A stretch of 64,000 nucleotides of DNA, taken from assembly GCA_016234855.1 (NCBI GenBank), contig JACRNO010000079.1, forward strand, positions 3,503 through 67,502. Direction: 5' to 3'. The DNA comes from Deltaproteobacteria bacterium (GTDB taxonomy: Bacteria > Desulfobacterota > GWC2-55-46). Every line of letters begins with the position of its first letter. The first letter of the stretch is position 1. Shown in pieces: positions 58,109 through 64,000 of this stretch. The notes under the pieces are model-generated. The model was not told the DNA's origin. It made no database searches and worked only from the letters and a program-made list of their open reading frames with translations. A program made the position numbers and the translations under genes.

Positions 58109-59158
58109 TTAAATCATATTTATGATTTCGGCGGCGACCTTATCCAATGGCAGCACCTTATCGGCAAGTCCGGCGTCCACTACCGCCTTAGGCATGCCAT
58201 AAACGGTGCAGGTCTCTTCATTTTGCGCTATGGTCTTGCCGCCGCTCAGCTTAATGGCGCGCATCCCCTCAAGCCCGTCATGGCCCATGCCGGTAAGGAT
58301 GACACCCATGGCCCGGCCCGGATAGCACTCTGCAACGGACCTCATTGATATGTCCACGGACGGTTTATACAAAGAACCTGCCGGCTCGTTCTCGACCTCC
58401 ACGTAGAAATCGGTGATGCCGCGCCTCCTTATGCGGGTCTGAGTGCCGCCCGGCGTGAGAATAACGTGACCTTCCCTGACCTTCTCCCCGTGTTCGGCCT
58501 CCCTGACCGTAAGTTTGCAAAGGGTGTTGAGCCTTTCGGCAAACGCGCCGGTAAACGCCTTGGGCATGTGAACGGCCACGAGGAACGGCGTTGCAAGGTC
58601 TCCCGGCAGGTGGGAGAGCACCTCCTGTATCGCGCGCGGGCCTCCGGTGGAGGCGCCTATGGCCACAAAACCAATCTTCTGCGTCGCATGCCCCGGCGGG
58701 ACTACAAGCACAGGCACAGGCCTTCTGAATGCGCGCAGGCCGTGCAGCCTGTTGGACTTTCTCGCAAGGGCCTTTATCTTGCTGATAAGCTCGTCCTGAA
58801 TCTTGAGCATATCAAGGGCCGAGGTGACGAGGTTCTTCGAGATATAATCGGCCGCGCCCTTGTCAAGAGCCTGAAACGTCGCATGGGCGCCCTCGGTGGT
58901 AAGAGAACTGACCATGAGTATCGGCGTCGGGAACTTCTCCATGATGACGCCGGTGGCCTCAAGGCCGTTCATGCGCGGCATCTCCACGTCCATAGTGATG
59001 ACGTCGGGTAGGAGCGAGGCGGCCATCTCCACCCCCTCGGCCCCGTCGCGCGCCGTCCCGATGACCTCTATGTCGGTGACCGATTCCAGCATCTGCCTTA
59101 TGATGCGTCTCATAAAGGCGGAATCGTCTACAACCAACACCCTTATCTTCGACACCAA
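58109..59158 (-). CDS. cheB: chemotaxis protein-glutamate methylesterase CheB (REC + methylesterase)
   Basis: 349 aa. SKIRVLVVDDSAFMRR...IAIGASTGGP...HDG. The start is TTG or GTG. Confidence 0.93.
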   Translation of the reverse strand: MVSKIRVLVVDDSAFMRRIIRQMLESVTDIEVIGTARDGAEGVEMAASLLPDVITMDVEMPRMNGLEATGVIMEKFPTPILMVSSLTTEGAHATFQALDKGAADYISKNLVTSALDMLKIQDELISKIKALARKSNRLHGLRAFRRPVPVLVVPPGHATQKIGFVAIGASTGGPRAIQEVLSHLPGDLATPFLVAVHMPKAFTGAFAERLNTLCKLTVREAEHGEKVREGHVILTPGGTQTRIRRRGITDFYVEVENEPAGSLYKPSVDISMRSVAECYPGRAMGVILTGMGHDGLEGMRAIKLSGGKTIAQNEETCTVYGMPKAVVDAGLADKVLPLDKVAAEIINMI

Positions 59159-59270
59159 TAAACCTCGTTTATCGTCCGCTGGCGGACGATTGTATTAAAA
59201 TACAGGCGAAAACCGGGACCTCGCCGCACGAAGACTTGCGAGCGCCCGATACTCATGCCGCGCCCCGTCA

Positions 59271-61130
59271 TTAAACGTGCGTCCTGTGGGCGGTCTCCAA
59301 AAGCCCTGCGACGTCGAGTATCAATATGACGTTGCCGTCGCCGGTTATGCACGCCCCGGCTATGCCCTCGGTCCCCTTCAGATACTCGCCCATCGACTTC
59401 ATGACTATCTCTTCCTGACCGTGCAGCTTGTCGACAAGCAGGCCGAAAGACCGCTCTCCGATGCCGGTAATGACGATATACCGCCACTCGTTCCTGTTCA
59501 CCGGGGCCGAGCGCGAGACGAGAGACTCAAGCCTTATGACCGGATAGACCCTCTCCCTGATATGTATGACCTCTTTACCGCGAACGGTCTTTATATCGGA
59601 GTCCGTAACGCGGATATTCTCGATGACCGTTGAAAGCGGTATTCCGTAGACCTCGCCCGCCGCCTCGACGGTAAGCGCCTGTATGATGGCAAGGGTAAGC
59701 GGGAGACGGAAGGTGACGCGCGTGAACCTGCCCGGTTCGGACTCGACGTTTATAGTGCCGTTGATGCGCGTGATGTTTGTCTTTACCACGTCCATGCCAA
59801 CGCCGCGCCCGGAGATGTTGGAGACCTCTTTTGCCGTTGAGAAACCCGGCAGGAATATGAGGCCGAGAGACTCCTTAGGGGAGAGCGCCGCGGCATCGTC
59901 CGCCGTTATGACGCCCTTATCCACCGCGGCCTTGCGGATGATATCCGGGTCCATGCCCTTGCCGTCGTCGGAGACGGAGACGATTATATGTCTGCCCTCC
60001 TGATAAGAGACGAGCTTTATGGCGCCCGTCCTCGGCTTGCCCGCGGCCTCGCGCTCGTCCGGGGTCTCCAGGCCGTGATCGACTGAATTCCTTATGAGAT
60101 GAACAAGCGGGTCGCCTATCTCCTCGATGACGGTCTTGTCCACCTCGGTCTCCTCACCGCTTACGACGAGGTCTATCTCCTTGTTGTTCTGCCGCGCAAG
60201 GTCGCGCACCATGCGCGGGAATTTGTTAAAGACCTTTGCTATGGGCTGCATACGCATCTTCATTATGGCAAGCTGCAGGTCGGTGGTGACGAGATCGAGC
60301 TGGCCTATCGCCTCTTCCACCTGAACGCTCAGTTCCGACTCCATATACTCCTCGCCCATCTTCACGCCGAGGCGCATAAGACGGTTACGCGACAAGACCA
60401 GCTCTCCGGCGAGGTTCAGAACGGAATCGAGCCTGTCGATGTCCACGCGTATGCTCTGCTCCCTTTCCTTTACCGACGCCTCCTGGGGCCTTGCAACGTC
60501 TTCAGCCGCCTGTGGAGAGACTCCGGCATGGACGTCTTCTTCATCGGCATGGACTACGGAAGGCGCGGAAAAGGGCTCGTCGCCGGACGCGGTCAGGTTC
60601 GTAAAGGCCGACTGCGCCCAGTCATCCACCGACGAGTCGCGTATATGTTCCGTGATATCGGGCTGCGGCTTCATCGCTGCCGGAGACGCAAGCGAGGCCT
60701 CGGACTGTGACGCCGCCCCCCCTGCCTTGCGGCCGGACGCGTCAAGTATATCGTTGAGCGCGGCTATGGCGCCTGAAATATTCTCCTGCCTGTCGTTCTT
60801 GTCCCTTATATTCCTCAGCAGTTGTTTAATGATATCGATGGAAAGGAGTATGGCGTCCATTATGGCGGGGACGACGACCATGTCGCCCTTCCTGAGCCTA
60901 TTCAGGACGTCCTCGGTGGCGTGCGCCATCTCGACCATCTGGGTAAAGCCGAGAAAGCCGGCGGCGCCCTTGATGGTATGCACCGATCTGAATATATCGT
61001 TGAGAAGGGTAGTGTCGCCGGGATTCTTTTCAAGCTCGACGAACTTCTGGTCGAGCGAATCGAGAGACTCGGTAGCTTCGACGATAAAATCACTTATTAT
61101 ATCGTCCATCTCATTGGATGAGAATGACAT
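59271..61130 (-). CDS. cheA: chemotaxis histidine kinase CheA
   Basis: 619 aa. HPt H-box RSVHTIKGAAGFLGF. Dimerisation, HATPase and CheW-like domains. Confidence 0.95.
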   Translation of the reverse strand: MSFSSNEMDDIISDFIVEATESLDSLDQKFVELEKNPGDTTLLNDIFRSVHTIKGAAGFLGFTQMVEMAHATEDVLNRLRKGDMVVVPAIMDAILLSIDIIKQLLRNIRDKNDRQENISGAIAALNDILDASGRKAGGAASQSEASLASPAAMKPQPDITEHIRDSSVDDWAQSAFTNLTASGDEPFSAPSVVHADEEDVHAGVSPQAAEDVARPQEASVKEREQSIRVDIDRLDSVLNLAGELVLSRNRLMRLGVKMGEEYMESELSVQVEEAIGQLDLVTTDLQLAIMKMRMQPIAKVFNKFPRMVRDLARQNNKEIDLVVSGEETEVDKTVIEEIGDPLVHLIRNSVDHGLETPDEREAAGKPRTGAIKLVSYQEGRHIIVSVSDDGKGMDPDIIRKAAVDKGVITADDAAALSPKESLGLIFLPGFSTAKEVSNISGRGVGMDVVKTNITRINGTINVESEPGRFTRVTFRLPLTLAIIQALTVEAAGEVYGIPLSTVIENIRVTDSDIKTVRGKEVIHIRERVYPVIRLESLVSRSAPVNRNEWRYIVITGIGERSFGLLVDKLHGQEEIVMKSMGEYLKGTEGIAGACITGDGNVILILDVAGLLETAHRTHV

Positions 61131-61142
61131 GCAACCTCCGCA

Positions 61143-61169
61143 CCGGTTATCGGTTATCAGTTATCAGTA
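61143..61169. repeat. GTTATC heptad tandem (ccggttatcggttatcagttatcagta) in the cheZ-cheA spacer
   Basis: Same heptad family as 30936-31006 and 61819-61880. Confidence 0.7.
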
Positions 61170-61192
61170 AAGATATTCCTTAACCGGTAACT

Positions 61193-61798
61193 TTAGGCCC
61201 CGAGTTCCTTCAATATCTTATCGACGACGTCCTGGTTAAGCCGCATCGGCTCGGCCGCGTGCGTCTCTTTGAGCTCGTTGAGCATCTCTTTCTTGTCTTC
61301 CTTCCTGATGCTGTCGCCGAAATCAAAGGTCAACGCAAGCTCAAGGAGCTTTGACTCTATTATGGAAAGGCTGGCGATGACCTTCTTGAGCTTCTGGCCG
61401 GTAAGGTCCTGGAAGGACAGGTTCGTAAATATCTCCATGAGGTCCCTCTTCTGACGGGTGTTTATGCCGTCGAGCTGCGAGAGCGCCTCGGTGACCTTGG
61501 GCTTATCATCAAGCGGCACGCCCTTAATCCACGTGGAGAGGGATTTGATGAGGTACTGGGCCTTTTCCTGCTCAAGCATCATGGACTCAAGGAGCGTTAT
61601 GATATTGTTCGCGGCGCTCTCAATCTCGCCGGCAACCGAAGTTATCTGTCTGGAGGCCTCTGGAAATTTTTCAGAGCTTATCTTGACAGTCGACTGAAGG
61701 CTGTCAAGCCCGTTGCGGGTCTTGTCAACGAACTTTACCAGGACGGAAAGCTCCGTCTTTACCCTCGTCAGCGCGTCATTCCAATCGTTATCCGCCAT
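61193..61798 (-). CDS. cheZ: CheZ-like chemotaxis phosphatase
   Basis: 201 aa. Carries the CheZ catalytic motif FQDLTGQ (LSFQDLTGQKLKKV). Predicted coiled-coil. Sits between cheY and cheA. Confidence 0.6.
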   Translation of the reverse strand: MADNDWNDALTRVKTELSVLVKFVDKTRNGLDSLQSTVKISSEKFPEASRQITSVAGEIESAANNIITLLESMMLEQEKAQYLIKSLSTWIKGVPLDDKPKVTEALSQLDGINTRQKRDLMEIFTNLSFQDLTGQKLKKVIASLSIIESKLLELALTFDFGDSIRKEDKKEMLNELKETHAAEPMRLNQDVVDKILKELGA

Positions 61799-61818
61799 CT
61801 CGGTCTCTCCTTTGAAGG

Positions 61819-61880
61819 TCAGTTATCAGTTATCCGTTATCAGTAAAACGGCTTTGTTTTTGCCGATAACCGATAACTGG
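61819..61880. repeat. GTTATC-heptad palindrome (tcagttatcagttatccgttatcagta ... gccgataaccgataactgg) between the cheY stop and the cheZ start
   Basis: Inverted arms of tandem heptads separated by a loop of about 17 nt. Confidence 0.75.
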
Positions 61881-61894
61881 CAACAGGTTACGTC

Positions 61895-62293
61895 TCACTT
61901 GCCGGAGGCCTTGACCTTTGTGAGTATCAGGTCGATGCGCTCCTTGAGCACCGCGGCCGTGAAGGGTTTCACGATATAATTGTTGACCCCCGCCTGCACC
62001 GCGCTTATGACGTTCTCCTTGGCCGCCTCGGCCGTGACCATCAGGACCGGCGTGGACAAGAGCGCGGGGTCCTTCCTGATGGCCGTGAGGAGTTCCAGAC
62101 CCGACATATTTGGCATATTCCAGTCCGTGATTACGAAGTCAAACTTCCCGCTCTTGAGTTTTTGCAGGGCCGCGTTGCCGTCTTCCGCCTCTTCGACGTT
62201 ATGATAACCTATCTCCAGGAGGATATTCTTGATAATCCTCCTCATGGTGGAGAAGTCATCGACGACCAATAGCCTCATATTCTGATCGAACAT
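61895..62293 (-). CDS. cheY: chemotaxis response regulator CheY
   Basis: 132 aa. [14 protein letters not shown]...[13 protein letters not shown]...NNYIVKPF. Confidence 0.92.
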   Translation of the reverse strand: MFDQNMRLLVVDDFSTMRRIIKNILLEIGYHNVEEAEDGNAALQKLKSGKFDFVITDWNMPNMSGLELLTAIRKDPALLSTPVLMVTAEAAKENVISAVQAGVNNYIVKPFTAAVLKERIDLILTKVKASGK

Positions 62294-62494
62294 TTAAGAC
62301 CTCCTTATAAATTGGATAACCGGAACTCACGGCACCTCCGTTATGATGCCTGCATCCCCGCAGCGCCATGCAGCGCGAGACGCGCTCCGTTTTTATGAAC
62401 GCCGTATGAAGAAACTCCGCTTTTCCCAGGGAGAAACCCGGGCCATATCACCATCTCGGGAGACCCTGATGACATTCCACACAGGTTCCCAGTC

Positions 62495-62561
62495 CCATTA
62501 CAACAGCTTCTCCATCCAAATACAACAACTTTTCCGTCCAATTACAACAACTTCTCTATCT
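62495..62561 (-). promoter_or_regulatory. three tandem 22-bp direct repeats (GTTGTTGTAAT core) overlapping the cheY2 stop, about 200 bp upstream of cheY
   Basis: Plus strand: cattacaacagcttctccatcc / aaatacaacaacttttccgtcc / aattacaacaacttctctatctc. Exact 22-bp period. Confidence 0.55.
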
Positions 62562-62904
62562 CATAAAGAAGCCTCTGGGGCGAGAAAGGTTTGGTAAGAT
62601 ATGTCGTCACGCCCGCGCTCATCCCCATTTTTATATCCGCCTCGCCCGACTCGGTCGTGACCATGATGATGGGTATTTCCTTATAGACATCCTGACTGCG
62701 CAGATTGCGGGAAAGTTCCAGACCGTCCATCTGAGGCATATTCAGGTCGGTTACAACCATATCGACCTGATTCCCGGCCATGACCTCCAGCGCCTCAAGC
62801 CCGTTTGAAGCGCCGAATATCTTATACCCCCGTTCTCTGACGATGTACGTCAAGAGCTTTCGCGTCGTATCACAGTCGTCGACTATCAGAATCCTCTTTT
62901 CCAT
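62542..62904 (-). CDS. CheY-like single-domain response regulator (second cheY paralogue)
   Basis: Contains MEKRILIVDDCDTTRKLL...VVTDLNMPQMDG...YLTKPF. Start placed at the ATG at 62904. Confidence 0.85.
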   Translation of the reverse strand: MEKRILIVDDCDTTRKLLTYIVRERGYKIFGASNGLEALEVMAGNQVDMVVTDLNMPQMDGLELSRNLRSQDVYKEIPIIMVTTESGEADIKMGMSAGVTTYLTKPFSPQRLLYEIEKLL

Positions 62905-63000
62905 GACTGCCTCGTTTGTCAATGTATATATGTGATGTTTCCCGGCCTTATGACCATTATACCCAGCGCGCAAGCCCCAAACCGCATCGGACGCCCCGTA

Positions 63001-63858
63001 TCAAGACTTCTGATAGACGACGGAACGCTCAATGGAAATCGGATTGAAAAGCCTCGTAATATTATGCAGCGACTCGGAGAACCCCACAAGCAGGTACCCG
63101 CCCTTTGAGATAGTGTCGTAGATGTGGCTGCAGACCTTTCTCTTCGAGGTCTCGTCGAAATATATCAGGACGTTGCGGCAAAAGACGATGTCCATGTTCC
63201 TGACCGCCCTGGTCTCGCCCGCGTTAAAGAGATTCACGTTCCTGAACTTTACCGTCTCCATCACCCTTGGGGAGACCGTAAACGCATCCGCGCAGGGGGT
63301 GAAGTATTTACGCAGGTAGGCCTCGGGCGTATTGCGGAGCGAATACCTGTCATACCTCGCCGCAACGGCCGCCTTCAACACAACGTCGCTGATGTCACTG
63401 CCGATTATTTCAATCGTAAAACCCTTCTGGACAAGGCCCTCTTCCATGAGCATCATCGCGAGCGTATACGGCTCTTCACCGGTGGAGCAGGCCGAACTCC
63501 ATATACGGACGGACTTTGAACCGGTCCGGTATTTCTCCTCAAGAAGGCGCGGGATGACGCCCTTTCTGAAGACCTCAAGCTGGACCGGGTCGCGGAAGAA
63601 GGACGTCTCGTTGGTGACGACGGAATTGAGCAGGTGCCTGTACTCCGCCTCCCTGCCCTGGTCGTAGGTCAGGAAATAATAATAGTCCTCGAAGGTCTTG
63701 AGGTTTTTTTCTTCAAGCCTTCGGAGCAATCTGGTCTCAAGCAGATATTTTTTCGTATCGGCAAATGCGATGCCGCTTTGCGCGTAAACGATATCGCGCA
63801 AGTAGCAGAAGGTCTCGTGAGAAAGCTTCGGTTTGCTGTTCAGACCTAACGTCAGCAT
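63001..63858 (-). CDS. cheR: chemotaxis protein methyltransferase CheR
   Basis: 285 aa. ETSFFRDP...IWSSACSTGEEPYTLAMML...NLL. Confidence 0.92.
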   Translation of the reverse strand: MLTLGLNSKPKLSHETFCYLRDIVYAQSGIAFADTKKYLLETRLLRRLEEKNLKTFEDYYYFLTYDQGREAEYRHLLNSVVTNETSFFRDPVQLEVFRKGVIPRLLEEKYRTGSKSVRIWSSACSTGEEPYTLAMMLMEEGLVQKGFTIEIIGSDISDVVLKAAVAARYDRYSLRNTPEAYLRKYFTPCADAFTVSPRVMETVKFRNVNLFNAGETRAVRNMDIVFCRNVLIYFDETSKRKVCSHIYDTISKGGYLLVGFSESLHNITRLFNPISIERSVVYQKS

Positions 63859-64000
63859 CTAAGTATCCCAAGAGCGTGCGTAACGGCGGCCTTTACGTTG
63901 GAATCGGGGTGGGCCAGCAGTTCAGTAAGGGCGGCAACCGATTTTTTCGATCCGATGGCGGCGAGCGCCTTCGCCGCCGCGGCCTTTACCGGGGCCTCGT
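63852..64000 (-). CDS. HEAT/PBS-lyase-repeat protein, C-terminal part; the gene starts beyond the window end
   Basis: Translation ...EAPVKAAAAKALAAIGSKKSVAALTELLAHPDSNVKAAVTHALGILRC*. The stop overlaps the cheR ATG (ATGCTGA). Confidence 0.5.
   Translation of the reverse strand, partial: EAPVKAAAAKALAAIGSKKSVAALTELLAHPDSNVKAAVTHALGILRC

Noticed and set aside
59143-59487. 114-aa minus-strand ORF overlapping the 3' end of cheA and the cheA-cheB spacer
   Set aside because: Its product is Arg-rich and low-complexity, it lies in a different frame from cheA, and it has no ribosome-binding site. It is probably spurious.

Overview
This is a 64-kb window from a GC-rich (~58%) proteobacterial chromosome. 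The cmk-ispH-rpsA-sppA-ihfB block, the ffh-rpsP-KH-rimM-trmD-rplS operon, and a CheZ-containing chemotaxis operon together suggest a delta-proteobacterial-type lineage. Nearly all genes lie on the minus strand. Reading left to right, the window contains: a TetR-regulated RND efflux operon (TetR-OMF-MFP-RND); an MBL hydrolase; a MoxR/DUF58 pair split by a ~400-bp block of hairpin repeats; a PIN-like(DUF3368)/RHH-UPF0175 toxin-antitoxin pair with a perfect sigma70 promoter and operator repeats; a DUF4266 lipoprotein / DUF3570 outer-membrane protein / TlpA thioredoxin cluster beside an O-antigen-ligase-like protein, a Zn-ribbon methyltransferase and a HIT hydrolase; ihfB-sppA-rpsA-ispH-cmk; an aromatic amino-acid cluster (aroA-tyrA-DAHP synthase-hisC-pheA); accA; dnaE; rph-[hicBA]-rdgB; amiC; a YyaL thioredoxin-domain protein; a DJ-1 family protein; a low-GC GNAT gene that looks horizontally acquired; a four-gene signalling operon (HTH-REC / TM-GAF-PAS / 4HB hybrid histidine kinase / REC); the ffh-to-rplS operon; and a long chemotaxis/c-di-GMP cluster (REC-GAF-HD-GYP, REC, flgM, HDOD, MCP, cheW, cheB, cheA, cheZ-like, cheY, cheY2, cheR, HEAT-repeat protein). 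No rRNA, tRNA or CRISPR array was found. The intergenic DNA is unusually rich in several families of short palindromic repeats: a 205-bp MITE-like element with terminal inverted repeats, the widespread TGTCATTGCGAG..CTCGCAATGACA hairpin element, 71-bp double-hairpin REP units, CCCCTTATYWARGGGG hairpins, and GTTATC-heptad palindromes flanking cheZ and accA. There is also a tandem 22-bp direct-repeat triplet upstream of cheY and a near-consensus sigma-28 promoter in front of flgM.
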